The translations under genes and the position numbers were made by a program. Below, piece after piece: positions 12,389 through 25,300 of a stretch of DNA of 64,000 nt. The stretch is from Diadema antillarum. Its lineage: Eukaryota. The first letter of the stretch is position 1. Each line of letters begins with the position of its first letter. The notes below the pieces were generated by a model, which was not told where the DNA came from, searched no databases, and saw nothing but the letters and a program-made list of their open reading frames with translations. The DNA lies in NCBI RefSeq assembly GCF_040938485.1, contig NW_027270999.1, positions 496,001 to 560,000 on the forward strand. The letters are read 5' to 3'.

Positions 12389-15360
12389 AGGATGGGCTTT
12401 GTTATACCGTTAGGGTATGCCCTAAGGCTATATCCTATAAGGCTATAATTTCTGATTTGTTGCGGTTGATACATAAACCTGAGAAAACTTTCCGTTTATC
12501 ACTTATACGCACAATTCTGACCGAGAGTTACATCTATCCAATGGCTGCTTTGGCTAATCGATAGCTGACATCTTACCTGATTCCGATAGTTGGTATCGCC
12601 GTAGTCTGCATGCGAGTACAGCCGTTGCGAAGTGGTGCTTGCAATGAGACTCCCGCCACACTCTGTATCGAAATTATCATCGACATAGCGGTATTACTGT
12701 GTGGTACCCCACAGAGAGAGACTGAAGGACTGATGTCTTCAAGACGTGTTAAACACGTGTTATTTTATATACCCAGGACAAACGACTAGGAAAGTAATTC
12801 AAGTGAAAGTAGGAAGAAAATGTCCTCTGATATCAACATAGTGCACATGGGTAGCCTAACTCATGACGAAGTTGAGTTACCATAGCCAAGGGTCTTGAAT
12901 ATACCTGTAAAGAAGACAACACTTCATTTTAAACTCATGCCGTGTACCCAGCAATCGCCTGCTTTCATAATTTGGCTTGGTTTGAGCCATTCTCCCTTAG
13001 GCATTCACACTTTTATTATCATAGTCAGAAACAAATAGAGATTTATCATTGAAAGGGATCTAGAAGCAAAAGTTTCAAAAGTACCATTATTCCCTTATAA
13101 CTCACGTGTGGAGTGAGAGGCGGAGAAACCCTTCCTGGAGACCGAGGCGTCCGAGTAGAAGCTGATAAACATGTGATTGCTGCTTGATATGACAGGGTCA
13201 GGAACCACGGCCCCACAGAACCGGCCAAGCACCTGCTCCTCGTCCGTCTCACCATCGTACACAACCAGGCGGTCGTAGGCGCACTCCTGGTGCTGTTCGA
13301 GGTCGAACTCAGAGAAGGTCTGCAAGGACACCGAGAAAACAGGGCACATCGGTATGAATCAGAGATTTTTCGTTTCATTTCGATTTCATTCGTTGCTATA
13401 CATTTCACTTGAATGTTCATAAAATTATAATTGTACAAAATACAGAAACAGTCATTTATCTCCTGTCACACAGTACAACTTCTCGTCACAGATAATTTAT
13501 AAGATACAACTTCTCGTCATTAATTTGCTTCCCATACTGTTGCCTATGGCTACGCGATCTGAAAAAAAAAAGTGATTTGTGGCCTTACCAGTACTATTTT
13601 GTGTCCAGGAGCTGCTGAGATATGCCACGTACATTCCTTCCTCTTGGGGTAATTGTCTGGGTAGTTCGGGCTCGTGATTATCCCACTGGTTGACTGAATT
13701 TCCCGTCGACAGCCAGCTAGTGATACAAGACAAAATACGCATTTAGCCACTTCTAACTTTGCTGAAATGGAATAGGAAACAGAATCACAAGTATGTCTGA
13801 ATGACAAGTGATTGCAAATATTTGACACACGTCGGCATTTCCTTTTTATATCTTTAATTGCTGATGAAGGGAAGAGAATTAGTATGAAGTATTACTCTTC
13901 TTTTTCTTTTGGTTAAGTCTGCCTCCTTCAATCGACTGAAGATTCTTGCAGACTCCTCCTACTTCAGTAAAACAGTTTGTTGAATGGATCTTTGTCTTCT
14001 ATTGTCATCAGTGTTGTTTGCGCTCACACAACAAATTGAAATACCCTTCTTATAACTCAACGTATCCCCCTTATAAAAACAAAGAAAACCTAAAGAAAAC
14101 CACTGAAGATGAGTGATTCTTTTGAATTAAGATGCTCCTACCTCATGTGAGCATCACAAATCAAACAAATAAATTGCATTTAGTGTGGCATTGAGAGGAA
14201 TATACAAAACCAAATCAACTGGCAACCCCCCCCCCAAAAAAAAACAAAAACAAAAACAAAAACAAAAAAACTGAAATAAAAGAAGAACGTATCTCATAGA
14301 ATCAGCCTCGACAATTCGATAGACATAGATACACTTACACTCTTTGCAGTCGTGTTGGTTCTCGTGTAGCGTGAAGCCGTTCTGGCACGAACACGTGTAA
14401 CTCCCTAACGTGTTCGTGCATATGTGCTGACAATTTCCGTTGCTGTCTTCGCATTCGTCTACGTCTGAAGAACACAATAAATGAACAGATAAAGGGATAA
14501 CTAAACATATCATATATTGTGACTCATGACTCTACACAAGACTCCATTTGCTACTTCAAAAAATATCATCTTAAAGATGATGAGCCATGATACGGGATAA
14601 AAAAGAAACCACCAAATTTCATTTCAGGATGGACCTTGATCAACCTGCATGCAGTTATGATAGGGAGACGCAGTACGTGCCGGTGCCTGTTCACAATGCA
14701 TAGATACATAAATGATTTCAGAAGCAGCACTTTAGAATTAATACAGTACAAATATAAGAGCCAAGAAACAACTGTACCATAATGGCTAAGACAAAGACGT
14801 CTTATTGTCGTTGTTACATGTTTTGACGTTTTTAATACACACATGTACATGTACATCGTTTGGAAATGAAAATAAAAAGGAATGAACGAAAAGAAGAGAG
14901 TTACCTGCAAAGAAGTTGGCAAAGAATCCGTCCTTGGCCACCGTGTTGTCGGAACGGAACTCGATCCGAAGGTTATTGAAGCGAGACGTGATGGTTTCCG
15001 GAATTTCGTTGCCGCAGTACTTTCCATGAAGGAGGCCCTCTTCTGTCAGACTACTCCTAACTTCAACGTAGTCATACTTGCACACCTGTTTGGGGTTGGG
15101 GTTGGGGGGATCAGCAATACATAAACACAAATTGCACCTCGACTCATTACAGATAAATGTTTTTCTTTGTCCTTTAAAAAATCGTAAAAACATTCATCTA
15201 CATGTAAAGATTAGAGTATAGTACAATAATAACAATAAATATCGAGGAGCTAGGGAACTTATCATTATTCTTTTTTTTTGGCGGGGGTGGGGTCAAGGAC
15301 AGTGCTCGTGATATTTTCCCTCCTTTTGTTTTTGTTTTTGTTGTTGTTTTTTCACCAAAC

Positions 15361-15399
<39 letters not shown>

Positions 15400-16264
15400 A
15401 GAGGGCATCCAGTCTCCAGACCCACTCCCCATTACCAGGCCCTTACATGTCTGTGAATGTTCCAGGCATTCAAATACATATAGTCCCTTTTTTTTTCTTT
15501 TTCACACTAACCATTTTCTTGCAAAGTTTCATAATGTTTAGCATGTTTGCAAAAGTAAATCTGTTGTACCTCGTTGCCTTCAAGGTGAAAGGAGAAAAAT
15601 TGCAGTGATATCCTGTAGTTGGATGGAGCCACGATTTGCCACACGCAGTTCTTGTCTTGAGGGTAGGGTTCGGGCCATGACGGGCTGGTTATGTTTCCCT
15701 GAAGGCTTGTAAACAAACCTCCGCACGCCACTTATGAAATATAAGAGAAAGAGAGGGAGAGACTTTAACACAAAGAGATAGAAGGAGTCACACAGATATT
15801 GGTTCAATACATTTGAATCCAATTAAGTATTACATTTGAGGAAATTACGGATATTATGTTTAAAATAGATTACATACGATTCAAAATTAACTATGAACAT
15901 TACGATCATGCTAATTAAGTAATTCTCGTCCTGTCCTATTTATTCAGATCATAACATCACAAGACCAAGCCGCGCACACGGGAGACATCTTAACACTTAT
16001 GATAATGCACAATATCTTCATATTCCATTCAGCGTCTGTGACATTCAGATGTAGCCGCATAATACCATAATCGATTTTGAAAACAGAATTCGTTAAAGCT
16101 AGGCTGACACTTGCACATTCTTTCTCGGATTCTGCCTATACATATTTGTTACCTCTAATTTCTATATTTGATCCTTTTTCCTCTTTTTTAAGCAAACCGT
16201 CAGACTTTCTATATTTGCACTGCTATTCTATTCATCTATATATCTATTCATCCCTGTATCTTAA

Positions 16265-16337
<73 letters not shown>

Positions 16338-19300
16338 AACATAGCCAGTATCTAATAACATATCTGTCTGCCTGTCTGTCTGTCTGTCTGTCTTGTCTGT
16401 TTGTCTATCTGACTATGTGCCAAAAAGTCCGCTTCTAGATTCCAGCCTCTACCAACCTTCACATCCTAGCCCATCTGAGCTGAGTTCAAAGCCCGGACTA
16501 CAGTCACATCGGTAGCTGCCGATTGAGTTGATGCAGATATCCGCACAGCCGCCCTGATCTGGTTGGGCGCACTCATCGATCTCTGTTGGACAATGATTGA
16601 ATAGGAAAGATGTTGGACAGAAATGAGAGGAGGAGGAAGGGGAAAAGGAAGGAAGGTTGCTGGGGTAACGATCGTTACTTTCAGATAACGACAAAACAAT
16701 AACTCTACTTCATAGTATGGTAATATCATTCTGACAAAATTATGATCATAGAATTTCACAGATATTATCGCATTATCATCATAGACACACACCGTGATCT
16801 TTAAGTGAAAGACATAGTTGAAAAGGACAATGATACCCACTTATATTAATAGTTTCGTCATTCTCAGGTACAACGAACCAGAGTTTTGCATGGAAAGCTT
16901 CCAACCATGTCTGCATCAGTTTGCCTTTACTTCACTCGATGTGTATCAAGGCTGACAAATCTAATACAATTTCTGACAACCTATGTTTCACTGTGGCTCT
17001 CTCACACAAACTGCGAGGTTTGGAATCCATTCATCGTACACTATCCAGCGGCTTTGTCTTTTAATTCCCCAGTAAAACAATGAGGCAATACCTTTGAAGA
17101 AGTCGGCAGAGAATCCTCCCTTGTTGACAGAACCGTCAGACACAAACTTGACCATCATCCTGTTACCCGTAGACTTGACGTCGTCTGGTAGGAAATAACC
17201 GCAGTATCGACCAATCAGAGGTGAGCTCTCCTCGTGACCATCGCGTACCTCTACGTAATCATAGATACAGGTCTCATGTCGCTCGATCTAGGAGGAACAG
17301 GCGTACAGCGATTGACATGAAATTATACTCAAGAATGCAATGCTTCACCTTGACTGATTACAATAGTGAAGCGAATGTAATAAATCAAGGACATTTTCGC
17401 CAAATCGCACGTAAAAAAAATGATAGCGAGTTATGACTTCTCAAAAGTAGTCCTACTAGGCAAGTCATGAAAATAGGGCCCTTCTGAGGCATAAGATATA
17501 TGGTAGGTTACATAGAGGTTTATGACGTTGGTGGGTAAAAATCAGAACTTGTCCATTTGTGTGTCTTTTTTAATGAAACGTCATATATTTAAAATCAATT
17601 AAGATGAAACAACATTGAATTCTCCGGTGCAGAAAGATATACATCAAGATACAAAAACAATTATATATTTAATAACATTCTGCGTTTTGTACACAAGACA
17701 GGTGGAACTGTACTGAAGTATACTTCCATATGACCAGACCGCCCATACCTAGTATTCACGGGATTGCATATTCGGCTAATTACTATATCAAATCAGGTCA
17801 ATTTGCCGACGTTTTTCAAAGCTTTAGTGAAGTTTTAATCACCCTCGATTCAATGAAATGAGCTTGCTTGAATGAAAAACTTTTTCCTTTAACAAAGCTC
17901 TCTGCACAGTTCAAGCAATCCAATACATTAATTTGCGGTTATGTAATCACACTGGCACATGCCATAAATATATGGTAATGATATGATTGTCACACTGATA
18001 TGTTTCGTCTCCAGGTTGCTATATGATTCATGAAAAGGTCAGTGATAAAATCGTTTTATATACCATGTAAGGTGTCCTATTTTCTATTTTCTGTGATAGC
18101 TTGATTATTTGGGGACATACCATAAGCCATTTTTAACTTGCAGCAATTTAACAATATCAAAGACTGTCAAAGTCTGTAGCACAAAGCGCAGGGAAAGTCT
18201 GAGAATATAAAAATAAGCATCAAATACAGATGTGATTGCCCGAGGTTCTCAGCCACTGGGGAATGACAACAAACAGGGTTGGTGTGACCCCCCCCCCCTC
18301 CCNNNNNNNNNNNNNNNNNNNNNNNNNNNNNNNNNNNNNNNNNNNNNNNNNNNNNNNNNNNNNNNNNNNNNNNNNNNNNNNNNNNNNNNNNNNNNNNNNN
18401 NNNNNNNNNNNNNNNNNNNNNNNNNNNNNNNNNNNNNNNCTTTCGGCTTATGTCGTCAATTTTGTTTTGCTACAATATGTTACAATCTTTGTTTGTTTCT
18501 TTCATGAGGGGAAGAAAATGGTTTTGATTGGGACTTTGGAATACATGGCGAAACTCGGTCCTTGAAAGATGTTGTCGTTTTTCGTCGTTCATTAGGTTTT
18601 TGGAATGTTCGTGTTAGTCATCATGGGCAGGAGTCGAATATTGGGCCTGACAGGTCATCACCTCGAATGACTGAAAGCTGAGTCCCACGGTATAATTCTC
18701 AGGCATGGTGATATGCCAGATACACTCCTTGTTCGGATGGTAGTCGTCTGGGTAGTTCGAGCTCTGCAGAGTACCCGAAATCCGCTCGATGTGACCGCCA
18801 CATATGGCTGTAGAGAACAAAATATTGATCTCACCACATTCAATTTGACCATAGATTTCCTGTTGGTATCCCTGCACGGTAACACAAAGTATCTATGGTA
18901 CTGACAACTGGCAAAGGAAATAAGTCTTAACTTCTTCCCAGCTTTACACGGACAAGTGTACAAAATATTCTTGTTTTTCCCCTCGACTAAATTTCATTCT
19001 AGTGTTTAATGCGTCTGTAAGCCAATTATTGTGACCATGAGGTTCAAATTTTGTAATATAAGGTGCTTGATGAGTTGTCACTTTTTGGTTTTAATAGATT
19101 TACCAATTTTATTTCACAGGCATTCATCAAATCAATCTAGAACCGTAGACATAGAAATTCGATTTTGGTACTAAAAAAAAAAAAATAATAACAAAATCAC
19201 TTACAATTTGAGCAAGGGTGGCAAAATAGATCAATATCCAATCACACATATTGCATAATTCAGTCATACATTAGAGCTTGGGCGTGTTCTCTATTATACT

Positions 19301-22300
19301 AAAGTGGGGGGGGGGGGGGAGGAGGGAACAACTTAGAAACATAACCTTTTCGTATTGTCTCATCAGAAAATATGTTATTTAAAAAAAATAATCCTGCAAA
19401 TAGTATGCGATGCTACACAGTCGGTCGGTAATGCATTAACAAACGACATTCATCCCCAGTGACAATATAATTTAAACCGAAACAGCTCACACCATGAACT
19501 ATAATTATGGGGACGCTTACCTTCGTAATGCGCTGAAAAGCCCCTGCTGTACCTGTGTGCTGAACTCTTCAGTTCGACCCATAATCGGCTATCGGACGAG
19601 AGTATCGGATCGGGTAGAGACGCCCCACAGAATCGACCTGGACACAACGTATACGAGTACATGTATATGATTTGAGGAAAGAGTGCTGTTGAATGTAATG
19701 TCAGTACACACATTCTGATTAGCAAATTTTCGAATTCCACGCGCTTGACTTGCGATGTCAGGATGTTTGTTGAAAAGTGACTAGTGTACAGTTTTGTTAC
19801 AGGATCCATAAGGCCTCAAGGCTTCATCAAATAATTATATTGTCAATTCACATTCATAATAACTTCGGTCATAATTTCTTTTCACACTCAGTAGCACTAC
19901 ACAAAAGCAATAATACTGGATTGATGAATACGAACTGTTTATCACAGTGATACTTTCATATCACGGAAACCTTGAAACTTTGACCTTTGAGAAGTGATTA
20001 CCAAGCAGCGGCGAGTGTCTCCAGTGACCGTCCCGAACCTCTAGGTAATTATACCAACAGCCGTCGCTCCCCACCAGCTCGAAGCCTGTGAACCTAAGGC
20101 TGATCGTCTCTCCTGGTGTCACTGAGATCCGCCACACACACGTCTGGTCGCCGGCGTACCGCCCCGGCCACTCGGGAGAGCTGAAGTTACCCGACGACTC
20201 CAGCAGAGTACGACCACACTCTACACAGAGTATAAGACACAGGTGAACGGCCGAAAGAAGTGTCCGGTTATCAAGTTTCTTAAATTGCTAGTGTGCTTGA
20301 TTCCGTGTATTTTGTTTCTTGTTTACTAGTATTTATCCTCCAAGGTGTTATAAACAGCCTTGCCTTTAAGGCAATGCTGTCTTGGTTCTAATAGAACCAA
20401 GACATTGTCATAGTGAAATGCTATCCGTCGAAACATGCATACATGAAATTAAGTGATTTCAAACAATAATCACTTTGATAGAACCCAAGAATGTAAGAGT
20501 CACATATCTGAATCTTGGAGTAGCCAAAAACAACAAATTAAAACAAATGTATTTAGGGTAGTATGTAAAACGTTCATCTTAATATTCATTAACGTGTACT
20601 GAAAAACGTGCATAAACATCGCGGTCACTCGACAAACGTGAGGTAAAAACACAATCATTACGGTTTATTAAACGTCAAACTGTCTTGTATACAGGGCTAT
20701 ATAGCGTACACAAGTTTGTGAGCAAACTGCAGGAGACAACACGCTACTGTCTGCTCATGTGCTTTGTTCGTTGCCAGGAACTAACTAGAATGGAGAGCAA
20801 ACAGGAAGACAGCTACGCGTTTTCTCCGTAACGAACATCCTTGACCTCCTACACACGTAACGTATCAGTGTCATCGTGTCTGGGCGGCACAACGTCGAAT
20901 GAAGGCGTCTAGTACATCAGTTGGCTGCTAAATATCTAACAAGTGTGTACATAAGAACGGACAGGCTCGTAAGCTAGCTCTGCAATGAGTGGGGAACATT
21001 GTATTAAGCAATAAATAATATCCATCTTGGCTGATTCATGAAACTTGATGCTTGCGACATGAGCTCGCTTTCTTCTGGTATCGGATGAGTTGTTGTTTAG
21101 CCTGTAATTCAACACACACACACATACACACAGCTCACGTAGGAGGTGCGATGCAGTTTGCCAGAGAGCAGGACCAACAAAGTCAAAAGATTTCAGGAAC
21201 TTATTTAGACTTTGACAAACAATGAGCGATATAAACAAACAAAAGAGAAGGGAACTGTTCTGGCAAAGCCTTTTACCATATCCCACCAGATGTTGAAAAT
21301 TCCATTAATGATTGCGAACCAACCAAGCTCCAGCATATTTAAAAAAGTGTACTCACTGGGGCATCTGTAGAGTTTATTGGCCTGAATGATGTCCCCTCTG
21401 CTCAGGTGCTTTCGTTGACCAATTTCAGGACGGACTCCGGAATCGGGATCCTTTCTAGGAAGAATAGTGTCCAGCCAAATCCCGCGGGAAAACGTGTTCC
21501 GGGCATAGTGCATGATGCTAGCAAAGTCGTAGGTCTCTCCAAGCGAGTTCACTTCGGCTGCGTCTAGCACTCGGAAGTTATATTCCTGACCTGGGTTTAA
21601 AGATGTTTTGAATAAAAAAAACAGACATGACATTTATTAAAGGTAAAACAACGTTCTCATATGCCTGCAGAGTGCAGAAACTGTCGATTTTTGCTCTGAA
21701 ATGGACATATGCATAAATCAAGAACATGTACCATCGCCGTTGCTCTCCGTATGTGGTTTAAAGCCCGGTCACACAGCACTTTACGGCTTAATCACGGCCA
21801 AAACACGTCAAAAAGTGGTCTCCCGTAAAACCCCGGTCACACAGCGCTTTAAGGCTTAATCACGGCCAAAACACGTCAAAAAGTGGTCTATTACGTCTAC
21901 TGTGAAGCAGACGATGTTGTTCGCGTTGATGTCGAGTTTAAGACGAGCTACGGTCGATTTATAGACGTGGCAGGACGCGGGGAAAAATCGGAATGGCGTC
22001 GGACGCGGTAAAAAGTTTTGAACTGCTCAAAATTTTATTCCGCGGACAACCACGGGCGGCACACGTGGTAAGGACGTGCAACACACTTGAAACACACGTG
22101 ATAATCCGTGTTCCGGCAGTGATTAAAACTTGGGGAGATGCGGTAAGACGCGAAAGTTTAGCGGTCTGTCACGGGCAGGGCACGGTCATCTGACGCGTGT
22201 TACGCGTTGGTATCACGGGAAATAGCGTGTGTTTAGCGGCTTATCACTGACAAATGGATACATACACGTGACTGGACGTGGTTAGCCGTGCTTAGGCAGT

Positions 22301-25300
22301 GCTTCAGCAGTGGAACAGCCGTCAACGGCCATACCCCGCACAAAGCACGGCCAAACCAAAATTGACCAAAAAATTACCACTTACGACCACGTCCACCAGA
22401 TTTTCATAACTTTTTGTACGTGATTTGGACATGGAGTGTTGTGTGACTGGGGCAATATACTTGATTATCAATAACCGACAAATCGGGCCATTTATAGCAG
22501 TATAGTCATAGTATAGTCATAGGGAAATCGCGTGTAGCTTGTTTGGAATTTTTATTCCTTCTGAGAACTGTGTTTTAGATTGTACATGTATATAGTATTT
22601 GTTACAGAACACACACAGTCAAATCTCATTATATATTTTGTATTTCCCGTAAATACAGCTCATCTATGAATATGCAGGCCCGTAATTAGGAATTCGATGG
22701 AGAGGGGGTGGGGGTCAACATCGGAAATATAGTTGACGTTTCTGGAGGGTTTGAAGGGTTTGGACAAGTTTATGTTCACTCTTGAGGGGAAACGCGCATG
22801 CAAGAGAGCGTATCATTAGCGACGGGGCGGGGGGGGGGGGGGGGAGGGGGATTTCCCCTTCCACACGAAAGACCTTTGCGTATTTAGAATTGAATTTCAA
22901 CGATCTATCACACACTTTGGATGGAATATTTCGAAAATTCTCAATTAAAACGTAACACGATATATACTTCTTTAATTGTTGCTCGATTTTCTCATTTACT
23001 ATTCAAATCATTTGAAAATCTAGCATCTTCTAGCATCCGAGTCCTATGAAAAGCCAATTTGATATGAAAATTTCTCTCCCCCCCCCCCCCCCGTATGGTC
23101 ATGGGGAGGGATCTAGTGACCTTCCATTGATTCTTTGTTTAATCATTGTTTTTCTCTCTCTCTTAAAAGAGGATTGAAGAGAAATTAGTCATGTTCTGTT
23201 TTGTTCTGTTCGCCGTCATTTTTACTGTGTTTCTTGAAGACTTCCTGGTTTGTATACCCTGACACCGATGACAGTGTAATATTCCCGGATGTCCGCAGAC
23301 ATTTTTTTCCCATCTACGCGTCCCCGGCGGAACCTGACCAATGACGAAGCCCAGGACTCTCCCCGAGTCTGGAGCTACAAGGCCGATGATCCGATTGTCC
23401 AATTACTTCATAGAAAACTTCATAGAAAAACAGTCAACACGTGTTGCATGTTAACTGCAGCTGGTGTACCTGTCTGAGTTCTAGGAATCTAAAATAGCGG
23501 GTTCAGTCATCCATTTTCTACAGATAAATCTCTTTCTTTCCTTCTTCCTCTCTTTTTTTCCCCCATCCTTTTGAGTATTCCTCGCTTTTTTCTGTATTTC
23601 TCTGTGTCCCCTATGTAATCCTGTCCTTTTATGTCTAGTGGAAATAAAACCTATATGACTTATCACCTGCACATCGATTATCTGCATAGATTACTTTAAC
23701 TTCTCTACGTGTAATGAAGAGATGACTGTCAAAGTCATAAATCGGTAAACAAAATTCATCCGATCCACAAACAAAATGTAAATCAAAACAAAACAAAAGA
23801 AAACAAAAGAAAACTGATCATACCTGGTACGATGTTCTGATTGATGATGCCGACGAAGTCATTCCTGTCCGGTCTTGTGTGTTCGTGCCAAAATCCTACC
23901 ACGTGACCAAGCTCGTGTACGACGACGCCAAATTTGTCGCAGTTCTTACCCACAGAGACCGCTTGTGCACCGTCGCCTTTCCGCCCGACAAAAGAACAAC
24001 AGCTGCAGCACAAGGGGAAAAAAAAGGGGGGTGGTGGTGAGCTTCAATCTAACGCTGCTCATCTGCAGTGATATTCACGTAAACATGAACACCGCCGAAA
24101 CATTACGACCTTATATCCCCTTTACAGACTCGTCATAGATTATCTGATGTACAAATCTCTGGTTGACACTTTCAACTAAACTTTGCTCATCGCTACTAAA
24201 TTGCAAATGTCTGACATATAGTACTCAAAAGGAAAACACTTAATGGTGCAATACAACAGGGCTTTTTTTTTACTGCCTTACCACAATGTTTACTCATCCA
24301 TGCAGTTCCATGTTTAAAGTTGTAGTAATTGTACATCATCGCAACCAAACAATTCCGGCAGCTAGGTTTTTGTACTTAAAGGGGAAGGCTAGTAACTGAT
24401 CAGTGGGAATCAGTGGAAATGCTGGGAGATGATTGTTCCAATCCTTATGGGATTCATTCAAGAGTTCATTGTATATCTATTGTTGTGTGAAAATGATTTG
24501 CTTCAGAACGGTCTCATATTCAAGTAATGTGCAGATTAATGCTCCGTCACTGACCAGGGACGCTAACCTGGAAGCATTAAACTGCACATTACTTGAATAT
24601 GAGACCATTTTGAAGCAAATCATTTTCACACAACAATAGGTATACAATGAACTCTTGAATGAATCCCATAAGGATTGGAACAATCATCTCCCAGCATTTC
24701 CACTGATTCCCACTGATCAGTTACTAGCCTTCCCCTTTAAAGACAGAAGAAAACAAGAGAACGCACAGAGAGAATCAGTAAGACGTCTAAAAGGTGAAGG
24801 CTTTAGCCCGTTAATCGTATACGGTCAGTATCCTCCACTGGGCAGCATGCCTTCAATTTTGTTTTTGCACTTCCGCCCCCTCTCGTCTTCCCTCGTCACT
24901 GTTCCGTTCTGTTTACTTACACGAATATTCGCGCTCACCATGTATGACTACAGTCCTAAATAAGCAATGCTGGCACTAGGCCTAAATCAACGTGAAATCG
25001 TCCCCTTTTGCATTAGGTTCCGTAATTTCATATCATTCATTCTGTGCGGGAGGTGACGCTTGTTTAGAAAATGTCTTGGTCTATTAAGCGTTGCTTATGA
25101 AGCCTCCGCACGACTCATCGTGAGGTTGCTTATTTATACGCGAAAATAATATACTCACCCGCAGGCCTGGTAAGTGAAGACTATGTAGTTGTCATGGTTA
25201 CTGTCCAGTGGGTTCCTCTCTACGAAGGTAATGCAGGTATAATTCTCCCAGTGCCTCATTGCTTGTTTAAACATAGCACGCTGAGAACCTGCGTGAGGTG

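Noticed and set aside
23270-23330. [14 protein letters not shown] resembling a C2H2 zinc finger
   Set aside because: Wrong spacing, zinc-ligand His absent, and flanked by stops.
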